From an uncultured Candidatus Saccharibacteria bacterium (lineage in GTDB: Bacteria > Patescibacteriota > Dojkabacteria > JAOAGR01), in assembly GCA_964503755.1 (NCBI GenBank), contig CAZDBO010000001.1, forward strand, positions 92,285 to 156,284: DNA of 64,000 nucleotides. The letters are read 5' to 3'. Shown here piece after piece: positions 1-10,319 of this stretch. How positions within the stretch are numbered: the first letter of the stretch is position 1; the number at the start of each line of letters is the position of its first letter. A model generated the notes under the pieces. It saw only the letters and a list, made by a program, of their open reading frames with translations. It did not search any database and was not told the origin of the DNA. A program made the translations under genes and the position numbers.

Positions 1-30
1 TCAAAAAGACAATTACAGAAGGGCTTTAAC

Positions 31-1234
31 TTAATATATATTTTCTCTTTTGTTAATTGAAATGTAGTCCTTTAGTCTTTTATCCATCACTTTTGGCACA
101 AAATAATCTCTACCAAATATTAGGTTTACGTTTGGATAAAGTTTTTTTAATTCGTCTGGTACTTCTTCTCGTGCCAGGTCTGCTAAAGCTTGGGACATCT
201 TTATTTTTAATTCCTTTGTAATCTTTTTTAATCTTTTATTCAGGGCAATGCGGAATATGTATGGAAAGGCTAATACGTTGTTGATTTGATTGGGATAATC
301 TGATCTACCAGTAGATATTATCACATCAGAACGTGTAGCTTTTGCTAATTGATAATTTATCTCTGGTCAGGGTTTGCTAAGGCAAAAATATCGGGTTTGA
401 AAGCATCGATCTAAGCATTTCTGGGGTTAAAATATCTTTTACAGATACACCGACAAATACATCAGCATCTTTTATTATTTCTTCTAAACTTGTTTTGTCT
501 GTATCTTGAACAAATTCTGACTTGTATTTATTTAAATTATCAGCTCTTTTAGTAGTTATTACTCCTTGTGAATCACATAGAAAAATATTTTCTTTTTTAG
601 CTCCAAGATCTATAAAATGTCGAGTACATGCTATACCTGCAGCCCCAGCACCATTTATGACTATTTTAACCTTTTCTATTCTTTTGTATGCGATTATTAA
701 TGCATTTATCAGGCCAGCACCAGCTACTATGGCAGTACCGTGTTGATCATCGTGAAAAACTGGGATATTCATTATTTCGTTTAATTTCTCTTCAATATAA
801 AAACATTCAGGTGCTTTTATATCCTCTAGATTTATTCCACCAAAAGTTGGTTCTAATAGTTTTACAGTGCGTATTATTTCATCTGGATCACTAGTGTTAA
901 TTTCTATATCGTACACATCAATGTCAGCAAATAGTTTAAAAAGCATAGCTTTGCATTCCATTACCGGTTTTGATGCCTGTGCACCCAAATTGCCCAAGCC
1001 TAATATCGCACTACCGTTAGAGATAACAGCTACCAGATTACCTTTGTTTGTCTATCTATAGGCGTTTTCTTCATCTTTTGATATTTCCAATACAGGATAA
1101 GCTACACCGGGACTATAAGCAAGAGCCAAATCTTCTTTTCTAGAAACATTTTTTTAAATTCTTATTTCTAATTTTCCTGGAGTTGGTTTTTCGTGATATT
1201 CTAAAGCTCTTTTGATTAATTCTTCTTTTGACAT
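31..1234 (-). pseudogene. NAD(P)-malic enzyme (malate dehydrogenase, decarboxylating), disrupted
   Basis: Minus-strand reading from ATG 1234 gives MSKEELIKRALEYHEKPTPGKLEIRI*. In-frame TAA falls at 1154-1156 and in-frame TAG at 1052-1054 ([12 protein letters not shown]). ORF 377-997 carries the FHDDQHGTA malic-enzyme signature. A stop at 377-379 and two single-nt deletions around 335-375 shift the frame into ORF 31-324 (IISTGRSDYPNQINNVLAFPYIFR). Confidence 0.75.
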
Positions 1235-1236
1235 AT

Positions 1237-1842
1237 TTATTTTTTATCACTTACATAAAAACAATCACCATGACCAGGATAGAGTAGAGTATCATCTGGT
1301 AATTCTAGTATTTTTTGAATTGATTTTCTCATATTAGTAGGTGAACTATAAGAAAAATCTGTTCTACCAATTCCATCTTCAAATATAGTATCACCAATAA
1401 AAGCGTATTTTTGATCTTTTATTATAAAAATACTTGATCCAGGTGTGTGACCAGGAGTCCATATAATTTCAAATTCAAAATTTCCAACACGAAATTTATC
1501 CGTATTTTCATCAAAAAACTTAATGTTTTTAGGTTTTAAATAATGCGGATCATAACCTAAAAAATACTCTGCAGTTTCTTTTAATCTTTCAATTAAAAAT
1601 TCATCTTTTTTATTAATGTAAAGTGGTACATCAAACGACAACTGAATTTCACCAGCTGCACCTATATGATCAAAATGACCGTGTGTCTCTAAAATTCCCA
1701 CTAGTTCCAAACGATTAGATAATATGAAATTTAATATAAAATCAGCTTCGTCCCCGGGATCAATCAAGACACATTGATCTTTTGCTTCAATAACATAACA
1801 GTTACTTTTTAGTGGCCCTAATACAAAATGGTATATTTTCAT
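1237..1842 (-). CDS. metallo-beta-lactamase-fold hydrolase (glyoxalase II-like)
   Basis: THGHFDH zinc-binding motif, 201 aa. Ends 2 nt before the malic-enzyme start and overlaps the ilvD stop by 4 nt. Confidence 0.7.
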   Translation of the reverse strand: MKIYHFVLGPLKSNCYVIEAKDQCVLIDPGDEADFILNFILSNRLELVGILETHGHFDHIGAAGEIQLSFDVPLYINKKDEFLIERLKETAEYFLGYDPHYLKPKNIKFFDENTDKFRVGNFEFEIIWTPGHTPGSSIFIIKDQKYAFIGDTIFEDGIGRTDFSYSSPTNMRKSIQKILELPDDTLLYPGHGDCFYVSDKK

Positions 1843-3608
1843 TTATCCTTTTCTCTATTTATAGCTGCAAGAGTGTTGTCCATCACTGCACCATAGTTTG
1901 CACTCATCACATGTTGTGTATACCTTCCTAGCCATCCATTTTTTACTTTTGGCTCAAAAGGTGGAATATTTTCCATTCGTTCATTATATTCATCTTGAGA
2001 TATGAATAGATCAATTGTTCTTTTATATGCATCAATTTTTATTCTATCACCATTTTTTATAATTGCTATAGGTCCACCTGATGCTGCTTCTGGAGAAATG
2101 TGACCTACACAAAGTCCTCTAGTACCTCCAGAAAATCTACCATCAGTAATAAGTGCCGCTTTGACACCTATACCTTTTAATGCTGAAGTCGGAGATAACA
2201 TCTCTTGCATTGCTGGGCCTCCTTTTGGACCTTCGTACCTTATTACTACAACATCTCCATCTTTGATTTGTCTTTTCAAAATAGCATCCAGTGCATCCTC
2301 TTGAGAATCAAAACACACCGCGGTACCTTCAAATACCATCATATCTTCATCTACGCCTGCAGTCTTAACAACTGCACCATCAGGTGCGATATTTCCATAC
2401 AAAATAGCAAGTCCACCAGTTTTAGAAAACACATTATCTCCGCTTCTGACTACGTCTTCATCTGGTTCCATTGCATCAGCAATGTATTCTTCTAGTGTTT
2501 GTCCAATAATATTTTTACAATGCAAATTTAGTGGTGGGTTAGAAGATTTTTGTACTGCTTTTAATATAGTTTTAAGTCCACCAACTCTATTTACATCTTC
2601 GATATGTACATCTGGTCTTGATGGAGATACTTTGCATACATTTGGAGTCTGATCTGCTAATTCATTTATTCTTCTAAGATCGTAAGGTATACCAGCTTCA
2701 TAAGCTAACGCTAATGTGTGTAGAATAGTGTTTGTAGAACCACCCATCGCTAAATCTAGGATTATTGCGTTGTCTATAGACTCATAAGTAACTATATCTC
2801 TTGGTCTAATATTGTTTTGAAGTATATATTCTATAGCATCTGCCGCTCTTTCAAAGAGATTTATTCTTTCTGGATTGATTCTCCACGTGCCTTTTTCTTT
2901 ATCTATCCATTCAGCAGCAGGTACAGTACCATTGCCTGGCAATGCTAAGCCCAATACTTCAGCAAGACAATTCATAGAGTTGGCAGTGAACATACCCGCA
3001 CAACTTCCACAAGTACGACAAGCCTTTTCTGTAATTTTAATCAATTCATCTTCTGTTATTTTGTTGGCTGTGTATTTTCCTACACCTTCGAATACAGTTA
3101 TTAGATCTGTTTTGTCTTGACCTGCAAGCATTGGTCCGCCGGATATATAAAGAGCTGGTATATTTAGTCTTACCATAGCATTAAGGATTCCTGGTACTAT
3201 TTTGTCACAGTTACCGATACCTATCCAAGCGTCAGCAGGGTGGGCTCCTATTATTGTTTCTATCTGATCAGTAATTAGTTCTCTTGAAGGTAATGAATAC
3301 TTCATACCAAAATGCCCCATTGCGATGCCATCATCAACCAATCCACCGATGTTGCAGTACCAAACATTGAATCCCTTTTCTTTTAGTTTTTTTACGATAA
3401 TATCTCCAAGCTCGCGCAAATGGGCATGACCAGGAATGTGGTTTGTAAATGAATTTACAACAGTGATAAAAGGTCTATCTTTATCTTTTACGCTATCTAT
3501 TACTCCTGCTGCTATCATCAGAGATAGAGCAGGTAGCATATGAAGACTTTGAGTGAGTATTTTACTACCTTTTTGGTGGATTTGTTGGAATCCTGGATTT
3601 AATGCCAT
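1839..3608 (-). CDS. ilvD: dihydroxy-acid dehydratase
   Basis: 589 aa. IlvD/Edd-family motifs ([22 protein letters not shown]) and a conserved C-terminus. Confidence 0.9.
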   Translation of the reverse strand: MALNPGFQQIHQKGSKILTQSLHMLPALSLMIAAGVIDSVKDKDRPFITVVNSFTNHIPGHAHLRELGDIIVKKLKEKGFNVWYCNIGGLVDDGIAMGHFGMKYSLPSRELITDQIETIIGAHPADAWIGIGNCDKIVPGILNAMVRLNIPALYISGGPMLAGQDKTDLITVFEGVGKYTANKITEDELIKITEKACRTCGSCAGMFTANSMNCLAEVLGLALPGNGTVPAAEWIDKEKGTWRINPERINLFERAADAIEYILQNNIRPRDIVTYESIDNAIILDLAMGGSTNTILHTLALAYEAGIPYDLRRINELADQTPNVCKVSPSRPDVHIEDVNRVGGLKTILKAVQKSSNPPLNLHCKNIIGQTLEEYIADAMEPDEDVVRSGDNVFSKTGGLAILYGNIAPDGAVVKTAGVDEDMMVFEGTAVCFDSQEDALDAILKRQIKDGDVVVIRYEGPKGGPAMQEMLSPTSALKGIGVKAALITDGRFSGGTRGLCVGHISPEAASGGPIAIIKNGDRIKIDAYKRTIDLFISQDEYNERMENIPPFEPKVKNGWLGRYTQHVMSANYGAVMDNTLAAINREKDK

Positions 3609-3617
3609 TTTAATTTA

Positions 3618-4670
3618 TTATTCTTTTTGATTTTCCGGTCGGAGTTTCCTTACTTGTTCACCGGCTTGCCACATCTCTGAATTTCTCATTTTGGCAAGTT
3701 CAGCATTTAATTTCTCTCTATAGTTTTTTTGTTTATTCTTTCTAATTACTCTTTGAGCTTCTTTACCTGATGCTACTGATCTATAAAGCTCTTTAAAAAC
3801 TGGCATTACTGCTTTTTTGAATCTATCTTTCCAATCTAGAGCTCCCCTTTGTGCTGTTGTTGAACAGTTTGCAAACATCCAATCCATACCGTTTTCCGCA
3901 ATTAAAGGAATTAAACTTTGAGTAGCCTCCTCTACTGTTTCATTAAAAGCTTCAGACGGCGAATGGCCCATTTTTCTAAATAGTTCATACTGGGCCTCCA
4001 TGATGCCGGCCATCGCACCCATCAAAACACCTCTCTCCCCAACAAGATCCGAATATACTTCCTTCTCAAATGTTGTTGGGAAGAGATATCCTGTACCAAT
4101 TCCGATACCTATGCTGATAACCCTATCTCTCGCTTTTCCTTTAGCATCTTGATAGATTGCAAACGAAGCATTGATACCTTTACCTTCTAAAAAATTTTTT
4201 CTTACCGATCTTCCAGCGCCCTTTGGAGCTACTAAAATTACATCAATGTCTTTAGGAGGAATAATTTTTGTATATTTTGAAAATGTTATTCCAAAACCGT
4301 GAGAAAAACACAAAGCTTTTCCTGCTGTAAGGTATTTTTTAATCTTTGGCCATACTTCGATTTGTCCAGCGTCAGACAAAAGATAGCATATTATGGTACC
4401 TCTTTCAGCTGCCTCTTCTATTTCAAAAAGTGTTTTCCCCTCAACCCAGCCATCAGCTACTGCCTTGTCCCAAGATGCTGTTCCTTTTCTTTGACCGATA
4501 ATTACATTAAATCCATTGTCTCTCAGATTGAGAGCTTGGGCTGGACCCTGTACGCCATAGCCTATTATGGCTATTACTTCGTCTTTTAATGTTTGTTTTG
4601 CTTTTTCTAGTGGATATTCTTTTTTGGTGATGACTTCTTCTACGACACCACCGAAATTTATTTGTGTCAT
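3618..4670 (-). CDS. ilvC: ketol-acid reductoisomerase
   Basis: 350 aa. N-terminal Rossmann GYGVQGPAQALNLRDNG typical of class I KARI. Confidence 0.9.
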   Translation of the reverse strand: MTQINFGGVVEEVITKKEYPLEKAKQTLKDEVIAIIGYGVQGPAQALNLRDNGFNVIIGQRKGTASWDKAVADGWVEGKTLFEIEEAAERGTIICYLLSDAGQIEVWPKIKKYLTAGKALCFSHGFGITFSKYTKIIPPKDIDVILVAPKGAGRSVRKNFLEGKGINASFAIYQDAKGKARDRVISIGIGIGTGYLFPTTFEKEVYSDLVGERGVLMGAMAGIMEAQYELFRKMGHSPSEAFNETVEEATQSLIPLIAENGMDWMFANCSTTAQRGALDWKDRFKKAVMPVFKELYRSVASGKEAQRVIRKNKQKNYREKLNAELAKMRNSEMWQAGEQVRKLRPENQKE

Positions 4671-4791
4671 AGTAATTAACTAATAACATTTTTATTTATA
4701 TATATCAAGATACTTATATTGTTTTATCAACACATATTAATATATATCTAATCTGTTTGATTTAGGATATTTGGTAATACAATAGTAAAGT

Positions 4792-4820
4792 TTGTATTAG
4801 GAAAGATTTTGTTATAAAAT
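4792..4820 (+). promoter_or_regulatory. sigma70-like promoter candidate upstream of tRNA-Leu
   Basis: TTGTAT at 4792-4797 and TAAAAT at 4815-4820 with a 17-nt spacer, about 11 nt before the tRNA 5' end. Confidence 0.3.
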
Positions 4821-4831
4821 ATCTAACCACT

Positions 4832-4917
4832 GCCGGGGTGGCGGAATGGTAGACGCTACGGACTTAAAATCCGTTGCCTGCAAAGGCGTGAGGGTTCGAG
4901 TCCCTCCTCCGGCACCA
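4832..4917 (+). tRNA. tRNA-Leu (anticodon UAA), type II with long variable arm
   Basis: Cloverleaf folded by hand. Acceptor GCCGGGG/CTCCGGC (one G-U); anticodon loop CTTAAAA; variable arm GCCTGCAAAGGC; T-loop TTCGAGT; genomic CCA end. Confidence 0.85.
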
Positions 4918-5004
4918 CACTTCGTTTATAATTTATATTTATTATTCCATCATTTAGTTAGTAAAATTGTAGTTTGTACTATTATTTTCATAAGATGAAC
5001 GATT

Positions 5005-5484
5005 GTGATACTATTAATATATTTTATGCAATTTAGAGAAACAATTTCCAAGCTAAAAAGTATACAATTTTTAAAATATCTTTTGACAGGGGGAGAATCT
5101 TTTCTAGTAGATTATGGCGCTTATAATGCAGTGTTTTTTATTTTGATAAATTTTGATCTAAATAGAGAGATATCAAGTAGTATTGGTAATTTTGTTGGTA
5201 TGACGTTGGGATTGATTACTTCATTTATTGGTAATCAAAAGTTTGTTTTTAATAGATCTAAAGAAACTATGATGAGTAATTTTTCTAAATATCTTTTGTT
5301 ATTTTTGTTCAATTATTTTGCTTCTTCTGGCTTGATTATCTTATTATCATATTTTTTAAATCTTATTTTGGATTTAATCAATCTATCATCGACAGATTTA
5401 AGCTATTCTATATCAAAATTTGTAGTAATGTTTATTCTCATTTTTTGGAATTTTCTTATGTACAAAAAAGTAGTTTTTAAATAA
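5005..5484 (+). CDS. GtrA-family membrane protein (polyisoprenyl-phosphate sugar flippase-like)
   Basis: About 150 aa with 4 predicted TM helices. LKYLLTGG...VDY...NFxxNxxFVF pattern typical of GtrA. The true start may be the Met at about 5026. Confidence 0.55.
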   Translation: MILLIYFMQFRETISKLKSIQFLKYLLTGGESFLVDYGAYNAVFFILINFDLNREISSSIGNFVGMTLGLITSFIGNQKFVFNRSKETMMSNFSKYLLLFLFNYFASSGLIILLSYFLNLILDLINLSSTDLSYSISKFVVMFILIFWNFLMYKKVVFK

Positions 5485-5496
5485 AATCTAAGTATT

Positions 5497-6414
5497 ATGA
5501 AAAAAGTTTCTATCATAATACCAGCATACAACGAGTCAGGACAATTGGATATCACTATTGAAAATCTAGAGCAGGTTTTAGCTGATGCTGATTTTAAGAA
5601 AGAGATAATAATTGTAGATGATGGATCTACAGATGATACATGGGCTCGGATCAAACAACTAAAAGAAAAATATAAACATATTGTCGGTATAAGATTTAGT
5701 AAAAATTATGGAAAGGATAATGCAATATTTGCAGGATTAAAATCGGCTAGTGGCGATGCAGCTGTAGTTTATGATGCAGATATGCAGTTTCCAGCAAATA
5801 TGATATTAGATATGTATAAATATTGGACTACTGGATATAAAATTATTGAAGGAATCAAAGAAAATAATGATCCTGCAAAAGATAATGTTTATTTATTTTT
5901 TGCAAATGCCTTTTATTTTGTATTAAAACTTTTTACAGGTATCGATCTAAGAAGAAATTCAGATTTTAAGTTTTTGGATAGACAAGTTGTAGATGTTATT
6001 TTGCAGCATCAGGAAAGTAATGTATTTTTTCGAGGAATAATAGAGACTCTAGGTTTTCCAAAGCTTTCTTTGTCTTTCAAAGTACAAAATCGCATTGTAG
6101 GTACAAGTAAATGGAGTTTTCGTAACTATTTAAACATGGTTTACAATTCTATTATTCTCTTTACTACATTACCACTTCAGATAAGCTTAGTTTTTACTGT
6201 AATATTTTTTATGTTTTTGCTTTTTTTGTCGGTAGATACTTTCTTGAGATGGTTGCTTGGATTTTCTTTGGAAGGTTTTACAACAGTGATTTTATTGGTC
6301 ATCATAGCAACAATAGCAATCATGATAAATTTAAGTATTTTGGGGATTTATATAGCCAAGATTTATAATGAAATAAAACGCCGACCTAAATATATAATTT
6401 TAGAAAAGCTATAG
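5497..6414 (+). CDS. GT2 glycosyltransferase, GtrB/DPM1/CsbB-like polyprenyl-phosphate hexosyltransferase
   Basis: IIIPAYNE, IIVDDGSTDDT and DAD motifs of the GT-A fold. Two C-terminal TM helices as in GtrB. Confidence 0.8.
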   Translation: MKKVSIIIPAYNESGQLDITIENLEQVLADADFKKEIIIVDDGSTDDTWARIKQLKEKYKHIVGIRFSKNYGKDNAIFAGLKSASGDAAVVYDADMQFPANMILDMYKYWTTGYKIIEGIKENNDPAKDNVYLFFANAFYFVLKLFTGIDLRRNSDFKFLDRQVVDVILQHQESNVFFRGIIETLGFPKLSLSFKVQNRIVGTSKWSFRNYLNMVYNSIILFTTLPLQISLVFTVIFFMFLLFLSVDTFLRWLLGFSLEGFTTVILLVIIATIAIMINLSILGIYIAKIYNEIKRRPKYIILEKL

Positions 6415-6418
6415 ATTT

Positions 6419-8668
6419 ATGTTTGCTATTATTTTACTTACTTTATGGTTTTGGACAGGATATCTTATTGTAAAGAAAATATTAAAAGTTGATAGTTTTT
6501 TGAAAGGTTATTCTTTATTAAATGAAAAAGTAAGTATCAGACCTTGGTTTGTTATTTTTCCTGCAAGCTTTTTGGTTGGTATCTTGATTTCTAATTGGAT
6601 AGTTTATCTTTTAGCATACTTTTTACAAGATGTAGACAATAATATTTTGATTTCAAATGGAATTTTTATACTTTTTCTAATTGGTTTATCAATATTTTTA
6701 TATCGAGCTTACTTAATAAAATTGCTAGAAATTGGAAAAGTACAAAATTTAGCTTTAGTTAATATTAAACCAGTTCAAAATAAGCTAATTAGGTGCTTAA
6801 AAAATAATTTTTATGAAATACTATTAGTATTATTTTTCTTGTTTTTTTCTAGTTTTTTGATGTTTTATACATTTCGAATAGAAGATAACAAAATTTTAAT
6901 GGGGCCAGGGGTTTATTCGGACATGTCAGCTCATATCACTATGATTCGATCTTTGTCCTTTGGAGATAATATACCTACTAGATATCCATTTTTCTACGAA
7001 AATGATGTATCAATCAGATACCATTTTATGTTTCAGTTTATGGCTGCAAATTTGGAGATATCTGGTTTGCCTTTGGATTGGGCTATTAATGTGCCTAGCA
7101 TACTTTCTCTTGTTTCTTTTTTGATGCTTTTGTACGCCTTGTCTACTATTTTGTTTGGGAAGAAATTTATCTCTATTCTCGTTGTACTATTTTTTATTTT
7201 TAGGACAGGGCTTGGTGGATTTTATTATGTTTATGAGCTTTACCAGTATATTGAGGGAGGAGAACTGACACGAGGATTAGAAGTAAAAAATAAATCTAAT
7301 CCGTTGGTAATGAATGGAGAAGAAATCGACAGTGTTTTAGAAGGTATTATAAATACAGATTTTTATGTGGGAGAGACACAAAATGAAATATGGGGGCTAT
7401 ATAGCATAAATGTTTATGTAAATCAGCGCCATTTGGCTTTTGGTATGGGAATTATGTTATTGATATTGTTTTTTGTGATTAGAGATTTTTTGGTATTTTG
7501 GCGTAAATTAAGACATAAAATATACAATCTTAGTGTTTTTGAGAAAACGAAATTTTTTGTAAAAGAGATGTTTTTAACAAAATCAGCTTGGTTTCCAAAT
7601 AATCTATGGGTCTACTTGGGATTGGGTATAATTTTAGGGTTATCTGGCTTTTGGAATGGGGCTGTTTTGATATCAACTTTACTAATTTTATCTATATTGA
7701 CTTTGTTTTCTAGATATAAACTTAGGTTAGCAATTCTAATCTTCATAACTTGTGTATTGTTCTTTTGGCAAGTAAATTTTTTTATTGGCAGTAATGTTGA
7801 GACCAAAACAGAGACTATTATTAAATTTGGTTATTTGGCGGATATACCTTATCATATTCAATATAATCTTCATCAGCTAATAGTTAAAAAAGAATGGTTT
7901 GAGGCATTTTTGTATCTTTCAAATATCGTTCCTTATGTGATTCAGTTTATTTGGGATTTACTTGGAGTTTTTGCTTTGATAATTCTTGTTTTACTGATAT
8001 TTAAGGATGCGGCTTATAGGATTTTAATTATCTCTTTTCTAATGCCATTTATTTTTGCTTTTACAACTAACTTGACTGTAGATATGAATGTGAACCATAA
8101 ATATGTTTTGATATCGATTATTTTACTAAATATATTTATCGCTTATTTCTTTTACAAATTGTCTAAATCAAAATATGTAACAAAATTTATCTTTATAATG
8201 TTGATTTTGGCTTATATCTTTACTGGTATTTTAGATTTTATAGCGTTTGTTAATTCTAACAATTCAAAATTTGCAATTAAATTTGATTTGAATAATGAGT
8301 TTTATAAATGGGTGATAGAAAAGACTGAACCTAATTCTGTTTTTGTTACAGGATATGTAACAGTCTATCCTGTTGGTTATTCGGGTAGGTATTACTTTGC
8401 GGCATGGCCATATTTTGCTTGGTCAGCTGGATATGATACTGTTGGGAGAGAGAAAATTTTACAGTCGATTTATTCAGCTACAGATTTGGATAAATTAAAG
8501 CAGATTTTATATGCTAATAACATTGATTATGTAGTTATAGACTCGGCAGTGTTGAATGATAAATTGTTTAAAGTAAATGAAAAAATATTTAAGGAAAATT
8601 TCGAACTTGTTTATCAAGATTCCGATCCGGTATATGGCTCCGTTAGAATTTATGATGTCAGGGATTAG
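6419..8668 (+). CDS. GT-C fold polytopic membrane glycosyltransferase (GtrC/YfhO/ArnT-like)
   Basis: 749 aa with more than 12 predicted TM helices and a C-terminal soluble domain. Third gene of the GtrA-GtrB cassette. Confidence 0.45.
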   Translation: MFAIILLTLWFWTGYLIVKKILKVDSFLKGYSLLNEKVSIRPWFVIFPASFLVGILISNWIVYLLAYFLQDVDNNILISNGIFILFLIGLSIFLYRAYLIKLLEIGKVQNLALVNIKPVQNKLIRCLKNNFYEILLVLFFLFFSSFLMFYTFRIEDNKILMGPGVYSDMSAHITMIRSLSFGDNIPTRYPFFYENDVSIRYHFMFQFMAANLEISGLPLDWAINVPSILSLVSFLMLLYALSTILFGKKFISILVVLFFIFRTGLGGFYYVYELYQYIEGGELTRGLEVKNKSNPLVMNGEEIDSVLEGIINTDFYVGETQNEIWGLYSINVYVNQRHLAFGMGIMLLILFFVIRDFLVFWRKLRHKIYNLSVFEKTKFFVKEMFLTKSAWFPNNLWVYLGLGIILGLSGFWNGAVLISTLLILSILTLFSRYKLRLAILIFITCVLFFWQVNFFIGSNVETKTETIIKFGYLADIPYHIQYNLHQLIVKKEWFEAFLYLSNIVPYVIQFIWDLLGVFALIILVLLIFKDAAYRILIISFLMPFIFAFTTNLTVDMNVNHKYVLISIILLNIFIAYFFYKLSKSKYVTKFIFIMLILAYIFTGILDFIAFVNSNNSKFAIKFDLNNEFYKWVIEKTEPNSVFVTGYVTVYPVGYSGRYYFAAWPYFAWSAGYDTVGREKILQSIYSATDLDKLKQILYANNIDYVVIDSAVLNDKLFKVNEKIFKENFELVYQDSDPVYGSVRIYDVRD

Positions 8669-9675
8669 TAGATAATATTTACTTCAAATTCTAATTCTAT
8701 ATCAAATTTTCTTTTTACTTCTTCTTTTATGATGTTGGCTAATTCTAAAATATCTCTTCCTGTTGCGTTATTTTTGTTTATCAAAACCAATGCATGATTT
8801 TGATGCACAGAAGCACCTTTGTGCTGGTATCCTTTAAATCCGCATTGTTCGATTAACCATCCTGCGGGTATTTTGACACAAGATTCTTTATTAGTTGGGT
8901 AGGTGGGCATATTGGGGTATTCAATTAATAGTTTATTTATTAAATTCTTTTCGACCTCTGGATTTTTGAAAAAACTCCCAGCATTACCGATTTTATTTGG
9001 GTTTGGTAGTTTTTTGCGACGTATATAAGTAATAATATTTGCTAATAATTTTGGTGATAGTCTTTTTATTTTTCTTCTTTCTAGTTCCTCTTTGATCCCT
9101 GCATATTCTCGTTTGTAATTGTGTTTTTTTGTGGTTAGTTTTAGACTGATTTCTGTTATAAAAACTTTGTTTTTTAGTTCTTTTTTAAATATGCTGTCGC
9201 GATATCCAAAGTCGCATTCATTTTTTGTTAAGATAAAAAATTTTTTGTTAATCAGATCAAAACATTTTACGTATTCGATAGATTCTGCAATCTCCACGCC
9301 ATATGCTCCTATATTTTGTATAGGTGCACCGCCAACTGTACCTGGTATATAAGCAAGATTTTCTATACCTCCCCAATCATTTTGGGTGACAAACTTTACT
9401 AGATTGGTCCAAGATTCGCCGGAATTTATTGACAGATAAATATAATTATCAATTTCTTTAATAACTTTTATCCCTTTTATTTTGTTGTGAATTACTAATC
9501 CATCAAAATCGTCGACAAATAAAACATTTGAACCTCCACCTAGAATAAAATATTTATGATTGAGATTTAAAATTTCTAAATCTTTAATGTCATTAATAAT
9601 TATGTATTGATCAGCTTTTGTGTGTAAATGAAAAGTATTTATCTTGTAAAGATCTTTATTCTTGTAGTATCTCAT
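8665..9675 (-). CDS. murB: UDP-N-acetylenolpyruvoylglucosamine reductase
   Basis: 336 aa. FAD-binding ILGGGSNVLF. Conserved C-terminal MurB substrate domain (KNPxxxxAGWLIEQCGFKG). Confidence 0.85.
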   Translation of the reverse strand: MRYYKNKDLYKINTFHLHTKADQYIIINDIKDLEILNLNHKYFILGGGSNVLFVDDFDGLVIHNKIKGIKVIKEIDNYIYLSINSGESWTNLVKFVTQNDWGGIENLAYIPGTVGGAPIQNIGAYGVEIAESIEYVKCFDLINKKFFILTKNECDFGYRDSIFKKELKNKVFITEISLKLTTKKHNYKREYAGIKEELERRKIKRLSPKLLANIITYIRRKKLPNPNKIGNAGSFFKNPEVEKNLINKLLIEYPNMPTYPTNKESCVKIPAGWLIEQCGFKGYQHKGASVHQNHALVLINKNNATGRDILELANIIKEEVKRKFDIELEFEVNIIY

Positions 9676-10222
9676 TTTTATCTCTTTTCTTCCATTTTAC
9701 GTCTTCTTGGCTATTTAATAAATTTAGATACCGGGCTATAACAAAAAGAAAATCTGATAATCTATTGAAAAATATCAAGATCTCTTGTCTTATTAGTTTA
9801 TTTTTAGCATTGATCTTGACTATCTTTCTTTCTACTCTTCGACAAACGGCACGGCATATATGAGTATAGCAGGCACTTTCACAACCACCGGGTAAAATAA
9901 AATTTGTAAGTTTTGGTAGCTGTTGTTCTATTTTGTCAATACAGTTTTCTATGTATTTAATGTCTTCTTTATCGATGGATTCCTGATCTAACCCAGCTAC
10001 CTCAGCTCCTATATCAAAAAGAATATTTTGGATCCAAGAAATGATTGATTTTAGTTCATCATCAACTTTTTCTTTGGACAAAAGATGGGTTAGATAGCCA
10101 AGATGCGAATTAAACTCGTCTATTTCTCCGCAAAGTTCAATGCGGAAATTATTCTTTTTTACTCTTTTTCCACTGGCAAGTGATGTAAAACCACTATCGC
10201 CAGTGCGGGTGTAGATGGACAT
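9656..10222 (-). CDS. ATP:cob(I)alamin adenosyltransferase, PduO-type (Cob_adeno_trans domain)
   Basis: IYTRTGDSGFTSL N-terminus and LIFFNRLSDFLFVIARY closely match PduO N-domain motifs. Confidence 0.8.
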   Translation of the reverse strand: MSIYTRTGDSGFTSLASGKRVKKNNFRIELCGEIDEFNSHLGYLTHLLSKEKVDDELKSIISWIQNILFDIGAEVAGLDQESIDKEDIKYIENCIDKIEQQLPKLTNFILPGGCESACYTHICRAVCRRVERKIVKINAKNKLIRQEILIFFNRLSDFLFVIARYLNLLNSQEDVKWKKRDKNEILQE

Positions 10223-10319
10223 GAGATTTATTTTAGCTTATTAAAACATATGTTTCTTGATTTAGGTGCTTATTCATCTAGGTTTATCATGTTTGTATAT
10301 GAGTTAGTAGAATTCATTA

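Noticed and set aside
522-1061. Plus-strand ORFs 522-746, 688-894, 867-1061 overlapping the malic-enzyme locus
   Set aside because: They lie antisense to a clearly homologous (though decayed) malic-enzyme reading frame. Low-complexity translations with no domain signal.
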